From positions 13,043,419 to 13,107,418 of the forward strand of contig JAUZTB010000069.1 of assembly GCA_034780895.1 (NCBI GenBank): a stretch of DNA of 64,000 bases. The letters are read 5' to 3'. The DNA comes from Rhynchobatus australiae. Taxonomy: Eukaryota. Positions within the stretch are counted from its first letter, which is position 1, and each line of letters begins with the position of its first letter. Of this stretch, positions 47,201 to 62,200 are shown piece by piece. The notes beneath the pieces are model-generated. The model saw only the letters and a program-made list of their open reading frames with translations. It made no database searches and was not told the DNA's origin. A program made the translations under genes and the position numbers.

Positions 47201-50200
47201 ATTTTTGTTTTGCTTTCAGTATTCTTCACTTTTTTTTGGGAAAGAGGCTNNNNNNNNNNNNNNNNNNNNNNNNNNNNNNNNNNNNNNNNNNNNNNNNNNN
47301 NNNNNNNNNNNNNNNNNNNNNNNNNNNNNNNNNNNNNNNNNNNNNNNNNGAAAGAGGCTTCATACAAAAACTGAGATTCATATCCCAAAAACTAAAAAAT
47401 AAGGCTAGGGTTCAAGTGAAACCACTTTCCTGGACTACTTTTAATGATAAGGATTACATTCCTAATAACTTAATTTGGGCTGTTATTTACAGCATACATT
47501 GTTTCATACATGAACATGTTGGGTTAAAATTGCCTTCTTAGTCTCAATCTTAGATCAGCAGCAACACTCTTGCCCTGTTTAAAAAGTCTTAAGTACAATC
47601 CACAATTCAGAGACTTGAACACATAATCTAGACTGACACTTTAGTTCACTGTTGAAGGAATGCTACGATATCAGAAGTGCATTCCTATTCTGAGATGAAC
47701 TGTTAAACTGAATCCCCATCTCTGTATGTTAAGGATCCCACGGGACTATTTAAAGATCATTTGTGTTCCCCTGGTGTTCTAGGCTGAGCTTATACTTCTA
47801 CCAATATCAGTGATATTAATTACATGGCCACTTATTTCTCTGTGTTTCGGGGCCTCGTTGTGTTTAAATAGATGCTGGCTTTTCTAACATTACAATACTG
47901 ACAACATTTCAAAAGTACCAAATAACTGTAGCCTGCTTTGGGATATCATAAGGTTATGAGAAACATTATATAAATGTGTGCTTGTTATTTATTGATGTAA
48001 TTAAACATGCAAAAGGCAATCTAAGAACTTTTTTCTATTGTTGCCCTCTGACATTGTAGAGATGCAGTCCTTTCAGCCACAAAAACTAAAGAGGTAGTTG
48101 AGTTGAACAATGCAGTGATGGAAGTGAAAGGTCTTCCTGATGTAATTGGTAAGTATGGTTTGTTAAAAGCCTTTTTAATAGACTTTTTCTCCTCCAGTTT
48201 TCTTCCTTCCTACCTAGGTGTTGTTTTATGCTGGGTTGCTATTCCACTGAAATTCAGAACTTCAGTGCCCCATCCAAATTATCTTAATTGTAGCTGAGCC
48301 TAAACATTCATTATCAGTAGCTTACTTTCTTGAGTGGATATGACAGATAACCTTAATTTTATTCTTACCTGATGTTCACAGATGGACAAACGAGTAGAGA
48401 TCAACAAGAACAAGATCCTTACTTCCTTCTCTCTCCATTAGCTTAATGGCCCTGAAGGAAAAAGGTAGCAAACTGGCTGCTCAGGCTAAGATCAGTTGCA
48501 GAATTAGTGCCTTCTAATGTGCATGGCTCGGCATGTTACCAAACCCAACCCTTTGCTCTTGGAATAGTACTAAGCATTTCACCATCTGTCCTAGACATGT
48601 TGTGATCAATTCTTCTCACCCCCTGCTGCCATTAGAGCCAAAGTTTGAATCCACCAATCTAACAGAAACAGGAACATTGTGATTTGATAATGGTGGGGTA
48701 TTGCATACTGCCAATGTATTGCCAATGCTAACTTTCCAAAGGCCAACTGCTGGATGAATACACAAGGTTCTTTTAGTATGCAATTTTAATGCCATTGTTT
48801 GTTTGGCTTGACCCAGAATGGAGCCTCATTTTGCAAGCTGCAACACTATTTTAACCATCAACTAATAAGCTGGGTTGCTCATTGAAATTTGGCAGGCTCC
48901 CAGTAGAGTGTCTATACTTTAATTGAGTGAAACCATATAGAAACTTTGGACCAATGCTGCCCAAGTCCCCTCTCCATCTATGGAATCTGCTCTGCAACCC
49001 CTCAACCTGTATCACTGCTCCAACACCACCCGCCCACACACACCCTTTATAACCTAGTTAATTATTGACCCTAAACTTTTGTAGACCTAAAAGAGGCAAA
49101 GTTTCTTTGAGGATCCTTTTTGGATGGGCAGCTGGCTGGTAGTTTGTTGTTAAGACCTGTTGGTTACAATAGGCTGTGTTTTTCATTGCAGTTCCTGGCC
49201 AGGAGGTCTCTGGCTTCTTATCTAGGATTTAAAACATTCTCTATTGATTAAATGGGTACACTGTACAGTGGTTAAGTTACTGGACTAGTAGCCTGTGTTC
49301 TAGNNNNNNNNNNNNNNNNNNNNNNNNNNNNNNNNNNNNNNNNNNNNNNNNNNNNNNNNNNNNNNNNNNNNNNNNNNNNNNNNNNNNNNNNNNNNNNNNN
49401 NNNNNNNNNNNNNNNNNNNNNNNNNNNNNNNNNNNNNNNNNNNNNNNNNNNNNNNNNNNNNNNNNNNNNNNNNNNNNNNNNNNNNNNNNNNNNNNNNNNC
49501 ACGGCAGTTTGAGTCATGCAGAAGCAAGCCTCACCTGTCCTGGAAAGTGCAGCTTCTACAGGAGTGGGATGTCCATTTTGCTGGCAAAATATACACAAAT
49601 AAAGTTTTTGTTAGTGACATTGCTCAGCATCGCTGCTTAGTTCAGGAACCTCTGTGCATTTGCAGAACCTAAAAAAAATAGCATTCTATGTGATTTAAAT
49701 TGTAGGTAAGTTTTGAGTAAATTCCATTAAATCTGCTCAAAAATGTTCTGTTGCAAGAAAGAATTTCTAGGTGCCTGGTTAAGATGTGTTACTAAAGGTG
49801 ATATTTTCCTTTAATCTACAGTTCCTACAAAAATAGGCTCCAGCATTATTCAGCAGATGACAGAAAATAAACAGAAAAGCCATGAGGCGGCAATAATGAA
49901 ATTGGAACAAGAACTGATAACCATCAGTAGGGTATGATAATATTGTCTTTATTTCTCTCTTTTGGGTCAAGACAGTTTTTTTTCCATCATAATATTAGAT
50001 ACACTAAAGTATGACTTGTGGACTTGTGGTGTGGTCTGCACCTGCTTCAGTAATGTACTTTCCACTTAATTACTTTGACAGCATACTCAGGGATTCAATC
50101 TGAATACAAAGTATGGTGTTTCTATTCTCTCAAACTGTCATGTCAAGCCTGAGGTGGTAAAAACCTTGATGTTACATAAAAAAATTAATACTGTCCAACG

Positions 50201-53200
50201 TCACTCTGCCATTCCTATGTACAGTTCCAATATCTCATTGCTGCCTCAAAATGCTGTATTTTCCTATTCAAATTTTAAGAACAGAGATAAGCTTTATTTT
50301 TTGATATTCCTAGGACCTAGAGAAGCGGTTTACTGAAGCTGCAGAGCAACTACTGCAGTACATGGAAGAGTCTCACCAAAACGTTCATGAACTTTTGTCA
50401 AGGATAGAAGGTGACAGTGATTTGCCTACCTTGACATTTGAGGTATAGTTTTCTTTATTGTTAAATACAATTCTACANNNNNNNNNNNNNNNNNNNNNNN
50501 NNNNNNNNNNNNNNNNNNNNNNNNNNNNNNNNNNNNNNNNNNNNNNNNNNNNNNNNNNNNNNNNNNNNNNNNNNNNNACAATTCTACAAGCAGTAAGTCG
50601 ATATAACAACATGAACTTTATGTAAATTGCTTTGTAGTCAAATGCAGAGTTAGAAGTGCCGTCATATTTTAGTGCGTTCTTTGATTCGCGTGTCGGCACA
50701 ACAAAATAGGTACACTGTTTCTTAATACAGGCTGCCCCCAGGTTAAGAATGCCCAACTTATGAACACCCCCTACATATGAAAAAAACTCCCATAATATTA
50801 TTAAATACAAAAGTCCAACATACATACATATGTTTGTATCTACAAATGGCAGAACTAGTTTCCTCTTTCTCTCTACTTTTAGTAATTGTTCTTTCTTTTT
50901 GGTCTTATGTGCTTTTAATGTTATTCATTACAATATTGTGGAGATATGGTTACTGTACTGAGTGATTTATATGTATTTTCCAACTTATGGACAAAATCCA
51001 CATTGACATCTGTAAAACAGGGTTGGCCTGTAAAGTGTGAGGCCAATTCTTTGAAACAGACGTAGGACACAATGTGCAGCTAGCAGTGTCCATTTGAGCC
51101 AGTGGAAGTTGTGCAGAATGTTCATGCTCAGTCCTTATTACGACAAATGGGGCAATCAACCTGTGCTGATGACACTGATGCTCTCCTTGGTGCTGATATA
51201 TGCACCCCAATGTTTGTTGTATCTGGTACCAGTTAAAGTGGCCATTAATCTTCAAATCTGAGCCTGCACCTTTGGAATGAAAGTGGCCTATGGCTGCAAT
51301 CTTAATTAATTCCACAGCTGGGAGATTAATTCCACAGCTGGGAGAACTCTGCATCAGGAGATGTGCAGAGGTTTACACCAAATGCTCCTCATAAATCAGA
51401 ACAGATAGTGGGATAAGTGGGTGTAGAAAGTGAGGAGGATTAGTTATAAGCACGTAAGGAACACATAGAAGCTCTGTATAAATGGCAAAATGAGCACACT
51501 GCCTCAAAATGCCTGCCCATCCAGCCCATCAGACACCACCTGACCCATCAGTGAACAGAACCAGATTGGAAGCCAATCATCATTGACCCTAAGGGACTGC
51601 CTAAGTAGAAGAAATGATAGGGCAGCCTGTAATGTTTGTGAAGCCCATCACACCTGCTGCCTGCTCCTCCCTTTAAAGAAAGGAGCTGAACTCAACTATC
51701 CTGATGATCAGAGCCTCTGTGACCTCCTTGATACATCAGTGTTGCCAGGTGGTGTAGTACACATATCAGCAACTGCAACCTGGAATGAAATTAAAGGCCA
51801 CCTTGTTTATTCCAATAGGTACATTGTATGGCTCTGTTCTCTGTCCCAATTATGCTTTTAGTTTGAGACAAATCTCTCAGACTGACCTCTCCCTCAGCCA
51901 CTCCCCCTTCCCCATCATCATGTCCGCAGTGGCATTATCAAAATAACCAATAGCTGCTAATAACAAAAATAGATAATACAGAGAACAATTTCACTCCTAG
52001 TAAATTGTTCCTGCATTATAAAACAAAATTCTTAACTAAAATTCACCTTAACTAAAATACACAACACAAAAAAATTGAATCATTAAAAACAAAGGAAAAG
52101 TACAAAACAAATAATGTCACAGCTACCTGTAGTCAACATGCCTTGCAGTCCAAATCATGGAAGAGTGGATACCTATGCTTTTTGCTAAGGTATGATCATC
52201 CTTTTGTGTGGATTTTCCAGTTCTTTTCTCCAGTTTTTTCAGCCTGCCAGTACTTAGCAGCAAGTTAAGTGAAGCACTTGTTCTTGTCAAAGGTTTCTGT
52301 GNNNNNNNNNNCAATTTACTTTGGAAAACACTGAGATGCTTTGGGACGCTCCGTTTCCTTGAGGATTTTTCTCTTGTTGGTCATTAGTTAGCTGCTGCAA
52401 AATGTTAGTAAGTAATTATGTAATCTGTTGACCAGCTGGACAAATATTATATATTAAGAAAAATTATAACAATTCAAATACCAGATAATGGAGCTCTGGT
52501 ACTCCAAGCTAATGTATGAATACCTTTTTCTGCTTTGCTTATAAAGCTAAAAATTATTATTATAACTTTTGGGGTTCTGTACAAATTTCATGATAATATT
52601 AATGCCAATCTTATTTCACCAAGTTTCCTTGCATAATGTAGGGCATCGTATTCCGGCAGAGGATAAACTATATGGGGTTTTATGAGCCACTCTTAATGAA
52701 ATGGGCTGTACATTACTCCTAATAGCTACTCCTGTAGCTCTTAACAAGCTTAAGGAAGGTGCACCATTATGGTCCAAGATCTTTGGTTAAATTCATAACA
52801 TGTTTGAACTGCACAATGGAATGATGAGCACCTAAAAGAGGGAGTTAGTGTGAGCTTTTGAATACCTGTTTTAATGAAACATGAAATACAACCTACCTTT
52901 CATTTTCGGATGTATTTCCAATGTTTTCTGTGTACTAAGCAATATTCCCTTTCTTTCTTTCTTCACCTGTCTTGAAGATGTGGTTACTNNNCTGTTGTTC
53001 CACTGTGGAACTCTCTGTGGGAGTGCTTTCACCACACAGACTTCAGCAGTTCAAGAAGGTAGCTCACTGCCACCTTGTCCAGAGTCATTAGCCTTGGGTA
53101 TTAAAACACTCATATCCCATGAAAGAATAAAAGAAAACTAAATACTGATCAGGAGTTGAAATGCTACTGGTTTTGCCTCTACCCCCAGTTCTCATGAACT

Positions 53201-56200
53201 GATCTTTTGAACTAACTCTTCACTTGATCAGTTAGCTTTGAAGTGGTCGCCATCATCCTTTTGATCTGTATTTGTCAGCCATTCACTGATTTAACTGCTG
53301 TATTATTAAAACACCAGACTTTTTAAACATTGTGGATTATTTCTTTTTAACACAATGTTTAACATAGAGGCCCTATTTATCTTTGTTTGATGAGCTTTAC
53401 TTCTGTTTGTAGAATCTAAATGACCTATGGGAGAGCATAAGGAAACTTTCACAACTGAGGAGGGATCAGGTCAAAGAACTTGATGAAACTTTCAAGGAAT
53501 ATGAAAAAGAAAGAGTGAACCAGGTAAATAATTTAAATGCTGGGCATTTTAAGTAACAAGAAAAGTGCTGGAAACACTTAGCAGGTCAGGCAGCATCTAT
53601 GGAAAGAGGAACAGTGTTGCTATTTCAGGATGGAGACCCTTGGTTAAACTCTCTTGTTGGAAGTGGGCATTGCCTGACACTTGTATGACACAAATGTTAC
53701 TTGCCATTTTCTAGCCCATTCTTAACTATTGTCCAGATCTTGGATTTCATCAACATTTGAGTTGTTGTGAAGGAAACTGAATGAAGTATAATCTTCAATG
53801 AATATACCCACTTCTGAGACTATAATGAAGGGAAGATTATTGATGAGGCATCTTAAAGACTTTTGAGCCTAGGTCACTGACTCAAGAAACTCCTAAATCA
53901 TATTACTGAGTCTTCCTGATCCTACACTCAGATGCTTCAGTGATGTCAAGGGCAGATCTCATCACCTTAGGAATTTACCAGGACCACTCAGCTCCAGATT
54001 CCATTATAGTTTTACCTCTGTATCAACCAAAACTACAATGGAATCTGGACCTGAGTAGTCCTAGTAAACCTAAACTGTACATCAGTGATCAAGTTAATGG
54101 TAAGTTAGTGCTACATGAAAGCACTGTTGACAATGCCTTCCATCATTTTGCTGATGATTCAGAGTAGACTGCTGTGGTGATGATTAGACAAAATGGATTT
54201 GTCCTCGTAATGATAACAGGATATGTCTGGACAATNNNNNNNNNNNNNNNNNNNNNNNNNNNNNNNNNNNNNNNNNNNNNNNNNNNNNNNNNNNNNNNNN
54301 NNNNNNNNNNNNNNNNNNNNNNNNNNNNNNNNNNNTATGTCTGGACAATTTCTCACATTGTGTGAGGAATGCCAGCTGAGCTGTTCTCAGATCCTGCAGT
54401 CTTTGCTGTTACAACAGCTCTCTGTCTTTTCTCGGTAACCCATGGAATTGAATTAAGTAGGTTTTATATTGATGGGGATCTCAGAAGAATCAAAAGTGGA
54501 TCATTATTCTATATCTTGCAAATACAAACTGGTAATAATATAAATGTATATCTGTGATTCAGATAACAGCAGAATTTAAGGACTGCATGAAGACTTTAGA
54601 AAAGATCGCTTATTTACCAGCAGGTGATATTTATCGATTTATTGATAAAGAAGCAATGGTAAGAAGAAAATAATTACATGATTTTTTTTCAGAAATGTGA
54701 TAGCAGGTTGTTGGATTGGGAAAATAATGGACGTAGCACCACAGGCTGTTTACAGGCATGTTCTTTACACTTGCCTAAAACACTCCTCCTCCTCCTGACC
54801 TATCTCTTCTCACCTCATGATAGACCCAGACATGGTCACCAGCCTTTAGTTGTTATGAGTAAAGGGTGGCTCCAGGCTTGGATCTCTTAATTCCACACTT
54901 AGGATTTGTCAAATATTGACAAATCTCAACAAAGTATACTCCAATGATACTCTGGATGAAGAACACTGGACATAATGTCCTTCAAAAATGTCGCAGAAGT
55001 AAAATCTCTAGATATCACATAAATTGCGTTGTACACAAGAAGCGTCCCTAGCCAGCATTACCATAGCATAAGGCACTTTAGAAACGGATAATTAAGAGAT
55101 GTATGATTAGTTCACTTCCCATCTGATTGATGTATATTTACATTAATAACATCTATTAATCATTCTTTGGTCCCTGGTCTGATTCCTGTGTGTTCAACTG
55201 GCCTTCAGTAATTACAAGTAGGTAAAACATTTATGAAATTTTCCCTCAAACTGCGCAAACGTTGCCATGACAGTTTTTATCTGTGCAAAGTCTGGTTCAA
55301 GAGTCAACAGAAGTTTTGCTGAAGATGAGATAATGAAGTTTGTGTATTGTCAAAATAAATGTAAAAGGGGATGTTTGTTTTGCTTCAAAAATATTTATAT
55401 CAAGATGTTAAATCATGCTAATAACCCTNNNNNNNNNNNNNNNNNNNNNNNNNNNNNNNNNNNNNNNNNNNNNNNNNNNNNNNNNNNNNNNNNNNNNNNN
55501 NNNNNNNNNNNNNNNNNNNNNNNNNNNNNNNNNNNNNNNNNNNNNNNNNNNNNNNNNNNNNNNNNNNGGTTGAAGATTTGGAAACCTACAAGAAGCAGGA
55601 CATTCTTCGGAAATTAAAGTGAGTCCTTTTGTTGCCAATACTATAAGTGTGTAGAGAAGTAACTTGTATAATGATCACACTAACAAGTTAATCTGATAGC
55701 CATGATTCTGAAAGTAAAGACAGGCCCCCATTTTTATTACATCAACTTTTTATGTCTACTACTTCTCAAAACTTCCATCTCATTCATGTTAACCTCCAAG
55801 TTGTGTGAATATTTCAAGATTCATGAATTAGTGATAAAGAATATGTGGTCAGAGGGGAGCACATTTGGCTGTCTACAGACCTTGGCTTAAAACAAGTTCC
55901 ATATTTAATTTTGAAGATCCTGTCGATAGGATCTGGTAAAAACTGTCGGTGGACAAGGACCTAGGAGCCATAGTGGTATTATGAAGTAAAAAGCCTTATA
56001 TGGTTTGGTCAGAACAAGGCATACCCACAAAAGGGAGAAAAGAAAATTAAAAGTCAGCTCTGTTTTGCTATATATTTAGCTGGAACAGTCAAGCATTAAA
56101 ACCACCCTTTCTATTTGAGAAGACTTCACAGGAAGACCTCTAATAATTTAAAGCACAAAAAATCATAAACAAAAGCATCTTCAACCACTTCTAATCCCTT

Positions 56201-59200
56201 TAAATGCTTTTTAGAGCATGTCTTATGAGGATAGGCTAAGTGAGCTAGGGCTTTTCTCTTTGGAAAGAAGGAGGATGAGAGGTGATTTGATAGAGGTGTA
56301 CAAGATGTTAAGAGGCATAGNNNNNNNNNNNNNNNNNNNNNNNNNNNNNNNNNNNNNNNNNNNNNNNNNNNNNNNNNNNNNNNNNNNNNNNNNNNNNNNN
56401 NNNNNNNNNNNNNNNNNNNNNNNNNNNNNNNNNNNNNNNNNNNNNNNNNNNNNNNNNNNNNNNNNNNNNNNNNNNNNNNNNNNNNNNNNNNNNNNNNNNN
56501 NNNNNNNNNNNNNNNNNNNNNNNNNNNNNNNNNNNNNNNNNNNNNNNNNNNNNNNNNNNNNNNNNNNNNNNNNNNNNNNNNNNNNNNNNNNNNNNNNNNN
56601 NNNNNNNNNNNNNNNNNNNNNNNNNNNNNNNNNNNNNNNNNNNNNNNNNNNNNNNNNNNNNNNNNNNNNNNNNNNNNNNNNNNNNNNNNNNNNNNNNNNN
56701 NNNNNNNNNNNNNNNNNNNNNNNNNNNNNNNNNNNNNNNNNNNNNNNNNNNNNNNNNNNNNNNNNNNNNNNNNNNNNNNNNNNNNNNNNNNNNNNNNNNN
56801 NNNNNNNNNNNNNNNNNNNNNNNNNNNNNNNNNNNNNNNNNNNNNNNNNNNNNNNNNNNNNNNNNNNNNNNNNNNNNNNNNNNNNNNNNNNNNNNNNNNN
56901 NNNNNNNNNNNNNNNNNNNNNNNNNNNNNNNNNNNNNNNNNNNNNNNNNCAGAAGAAGAAAGAGTTGGCGGGGAGGGGCGGGGGAGATGCTACACACACC
57001 AGAGGGCGATTTACCTAAAACTGGAAAACTCAAGGCTCATGTCATTGAGTTGTAGACAACCCAGGCAGAATATGAAGTGTTGTTTCTCTGATTTGTGTAG
57101 GGCCTCAGGACGGACAGGCAGAGGAACGGCCAAGGATGGACAGGTCGGTGTGGGAATGGGAAGGGGAATTGAAATGGCATGCACCTGGGAGTTCAGGATG
57201 GCCATTGCGGCAGAGTGTAGGTGCTCTGCAAAACAGTTGCCGAGTCTGTGCTTGGTCTCACCAATGTAGAGAAGGCCAACTTAATTTTGCCAAGCAAGAA
57301 ACAGCAGTTTGGAGAAAAGTAGTTGGATTGTGGGGCAGGGTCGGATGATGGTGAGAGTTAGGGAGGTTTGATAGTTAATGGTGGTTGGGGGGAGAAAATT
57401 TATGTAGAAACAGGGTAATCTTGTCCTTTCCAAAGGTATATCCACCATTTTGCATGCTACCTGGTTTTGTGCTTGGCATTTTGGTGAACAGGGTCACACT
57501 ATTAAATAATCATAAGATCTTTTATGTCTCTCAGAATATTGCATTTATATGATAAATGTTTTGCAATTTTATGGTGTGGGGTCATTTAACCAATAAATTT
57601 TATCAGCTCATGTGACTATATTTCCATTTCACTTGTAAGAACTGATCATAAAAGTATTACATAGCATCAAACAGTTTTCAGTATTGAATATATTCAGCAT
57701 TGCTGTTTGTTTAGCTACAAGTAATGATTTTTGTCAATGTTTGGCTTTTTGCATTGTTGCTCCTTTCACAGAGATTATTTAGCAAAGGATTGGAAAGCTG
57801 GTTTGGCAACAGAAGAGGACTTATTAAGGAAACAACAGCAAGGACTAAACTGTCAACGGAAGCAGCTTCTTGAGGAGATGGTGTAAGTTTAAGAAGCAAT
57901 GATTCTGATGAAGGGTCAAACCTGGAATATGAGCATACTTTTTCAGATTGAGATGGAAGTGTTCTACAAATCCAGTGAATGAAAACTACCGATGTTGGAA
58001 GTCTGAAATAAAAAACAGAAAATGTTGGAAGCACTCAGTGGGTTAGGCAGTATCTGTAGAAAGAGAAACAATTAATGTTTCGGGTTGAAGGCTCAGAACT
58101 GGGGAAGGGAGAAAACATGGTAGTTTTAAACTGCAGGGAAGGTAAGGAAAGGGATGGAAAGAAGAAAGAGTTAGGCCAGGGTTGCCATAAGAATAAGTTG
58201 TAGAGGTCATCCAATCAGTAGATTGCTAGGGCAGTAAAAGAGTAAGAATACAAACAAAGGGGCATAAACTGTGAAGTGCAATTCCTCCATCACCGTCGTA
58301 TTTATTTAGATGGTCAGACTTTCCACGTAGATGCCTCTGTGATGTCTTCCTTCTTTCTGAATCGTGGCTTTTACATGACTATAGTTGACAGAACCCTTGA
58401 CTGCACCTCAACTATTTCCCACACCTTTGCTGTCAGCCTTTCTCCTGGGCAGAGCAAAGATAGAGATGCCCTGGTCCTCATCTTCCATCCCACCAGTCTT
58501 CATATTCAATGGACCATCCTTCACAATTTCTGCCAGCTTCAACAAAATTCTATCACCAGAACCTCCATTTTCAGCATTTCAAAGACCTTTATCTTCAAGA
58601 TTCTCCAGTCTGCTCTTTCATTCCCACCTTCCACTGCCTTTCTTATAGCACTTGCTCAGGCAATCATAGGAGAGGCAATACCTGTTTTTTTTCCTCTTCC
58701 TTTCCCACCATCCAGAGACCCAAACGGTACATAAAAGTAAAGCTGAGATTCATTTATGCTTCTTCCAAATGTTATGTTCACTATGTCCACTTGGGGGGAA
58801 AACAAAGATTGAATGACTGCTTTGCAAAGCACCCACGTTCAGTGTGCAGTGGTGACATGTTGCCTGCCACTTTAATTCTCCATCCTACCACCACTGACAT
58901 ATCTGTCTGTGGCCTCCTGCACTGTTGTAATGAGGCCCAATACACCTCATCTTCCATCTGGACACATAACAGCCTTCCAGACTCAATATCAAATTCTACA
59001 ACTGTAGGTATCTTGCTTTCTCCATGTATCAGAAATGGCCATTTAAGCTATAAGTAATCCATCTGTGATATTGGCTCAGTTTACCTCTCTCCATTAGTAC
59101 AGTCTGATCAGCTGGTCATGTCCTACAGCTCTGAATTTTCCATTTTTTCTGGTCTTTTGTTTGTATTCTCACTCTCTAACTGCCCCTTTTAAACCATCAA

Positions 59201-62200
59201 CCAGAATACCAATAAGTCTGTTGACCAGCAGTGATGATGCACTTCAAAGAAACTGTGTGGGTGACACATTTACTTCACATTTTACTGACTTCTGCACAGC
59301 AACCCACAGTAACTCTGGCCTTGCCCTATGTCATGCATTCTCTTTCTCTCTCCCCCTCCACAACTTAAAAATAAACTTGTTTTCTCTCTTAAACAGTAGA
59401 AAATGCAGGCAGCATTTGCGGAAAGAAAAATGGGCAACTTTTCAGGACTGTGATCCTTTGTCAGTGTTTCCTCTCTTCCCCAATTCTGTTAAAGCTAACT
59501 CCATTTCCCTTTCAACAGCTACTGCCTAATCTGCTGAATATTTCCAGCATTTTTTACTTTTATTAATTTCCATTTCCAGTACTTTGTTGTTTTTTTTTAC
59601 TGCAAGGAAGATCTAGATTCCAGTCAGGTGAAAAGCCAGACTCCAATTAGGGGAAAGCAGCATTTTCTTCTAGTGCAAAGAGAGTAACATGATAGGGGTT
59701 GGTGATTACTCAGGATAGTGTAGTCCTTTGGGCCTTCTTTAATTGTCACATATTCCCAGTGGTGGGATACCCTCTGCCTTCCACCCTCCATTGAACCAAC
59801 CAAACTTGCAGCTACATGATCATCTGGTAAAGAAGATAGGGTCACTGACCCTCAGTACATAGGGATATAATATCATTGATATTACAGAAACATGGTTGAA
59901 AGAAGGGCTGGATTGGCAACTCAACGTTCCAAGCACTTTTTCATTTCCAGAAATTCCAGATATGCCTGAAAATTGGTGGAGGTAGAGGTGATGGTGCAAA
60001 TCATTTTGCCCTTTCCATTTAGAAAATATTAAAGTGCTTTGCAGTCAATGAAGGATAATCAGTGCAGTGACATAGAAATGCTTTCCAGTTGAGTTGTACA
60101 TAAAAACTTCAATAAAATATTAATACGATGAACAAGCAAATAATCTGTTTTTAGTACTGAAGGATAAATAGTGGCCAGGGCACCACAAAAACTTTCCTGT
60201 TCTCTTTTGAATTGTGCCCAGAAACTCTTAACATCTTCCATAAACACTTTTGTTTAATATCACCTGAAGATGGAAGCTCAGTCTGTACAGAACTATCAAA
60301 CTAGAGTGCCAGCCTAGACTTTGTGCTCTGCAGTTGCACTTGAGCAAGATGATTGAAATAGAGAATATTGAGTAAATCTCTTTAAAGCTAGGAGTGATGT
60401 GGTGAGGTTGAGGGGCCATGCTAGACAGTAGTGAACAAAAACATTTGAAGGTTCTACCTCCAGTGGTGGAACAAGGAACATGAGTTGCTTTAGAGGCCAA
60501 AACTCTGGGGAAGAAAAAGGTACAAGGTAGAATACAAGAGTGTAATAGGTTGCATGAGTAAGTTGAGACAAGGCCAAGGAAGGATCTGAAAAGAAGTGTC
60601 TTGAATTAAAAGCATTGAGGAGTTTTTAGATGGAACTGTGGAAGATGTAAGAGTATTAGGAAAGTCTGAAGGGAACAAAAATAGGAATACTCTGGCTTGT
60701 GGTTCTGTCATTGTAAGTTCTGATGAAGGGTCTTTAACTTGAAACAGTATTACTTTTTCTACAGATCTTGCCAGGCCTGCTGAGATTTTCCAGCATTTTC
60801 TGTTTTTATTTCAGATTTCCAGCATCTGGATTTTTTTTTAATTTCAATACTTTAGCCGTGTTAGGAATAAATAAGGGTGATATTGGATGATATAGTGAGA
60901 GTGGGTTTTGTTAAAGAAGGGTAGGGGATGGTGTCAGCAGTTTGAATATTTAAGTTCAAAGCAAAATGCTGTTAGATAAAACCATTGTTCAATTGATCTG
61001 GCTCAGGTATGCAACTTGTTATCTTGCTATTCAAATTTAGTTTATTTAATGTTTATTTGTCTTTTTTGCAGAAACATTAAGCCATCTGATTGCAATAAAA
61101 ACTCATTGGATATGTGGTATGAATCCTTAACTGTCTTGAATCAAAAAGTAGGTGAGTATACATCACCAAAATGGGTAGATATCAACAATGGCTTTGATTT
61201 CCTTTTGTTAGGAAAGCAGGTAACATAATCACATAATGCATCTTTGTACTTATTTAAAAATCATTTGCATAAAATAAATAAGTAATGAGTGCATTATTTC
61301 ATTGGACACTGGCACCAGNNNNNNNNNNNNNNNNNNNNNNNNNNNNNNNNNNNNNNNNNNNNNNNNNNNNNNNNNNNNNNNNNNNNNNNNNNNNNNNNNN
61401 NNNNNNNNNNNNNNNNNNNNNNNNNNNNNNNNNNNNNNNNNNNNNNNNNNNNNNNNNNNNNNNNNNNNNNNNNNNNNNNNNNNNNNNNNNNNNNNNNNNN
61501 NNNNNNNNNNNNNNNNNNNNNNNNNNNNNNNNNNNNNNNNNNNNNNNNNNNNNNNNNNNNNNNNNNNNNNNNNNNNNNNNNNNNNNNNNNNNNNNNNNNN
61601 NNNNNNNNNNNNNNNNNNNNNNNNNNNNNNNNNNNNNNNNNNNNNNNNNNNNNNNNNNNNNNNNNNNNNNNNNNNNNNNNNNNNNNNNNNNNNNNNNNNN
61701 NNNNNNNNNNNNNNNNNNNNNNNNNNNNNNNACTTGACCATCACTAGTCCTTGTGATAGTTTGTTACTTTGAGTAATTTTATCTCACATTTATATGTCAG
61801 AATTTATATAATTTACTCTTGTATCAAATTCCACAATATATTTCCAAAATACGGGATCGCTAATGTTTTTTTCACTTTCTAGATTCACTGCATATTCAAT
61901 TTATAGAAAAATTGCAGACATATTACGAAAAACTCTATCATGAATGGATGACAGAAGTTGAAAAATGTAAGGTGGGTACATGTGCTAAAGTGATGCAAGG
62001 TGGGAAAAGTAAGAACATTTTATTGCCATAGAAGATTAAACAGGTGAGGGTAAAGTCCTTAAAGTTAAAATGACACTCTGAAACTAAGGACCAGATTGTC
62101 ATTTTCGTACTAGATCTTCCTTGCAGTAATACCCAGCGTGTAGTATACATGTGGTCTGCAGTATAACCAGGAGGCTGGTGGGTTCATTGTAAGGGTAAGG

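Noticed and set aside
51303-51345. Short tandem duplications (ttaattccacagctgggaga x2; also 17606-17650, 41678-41712, 42843-42880) as possible CRISPR-like arrays
   Set aside because: Only two adjacent units with no unique spacers; ordinary slippage duplications in a eukaryotic genome.
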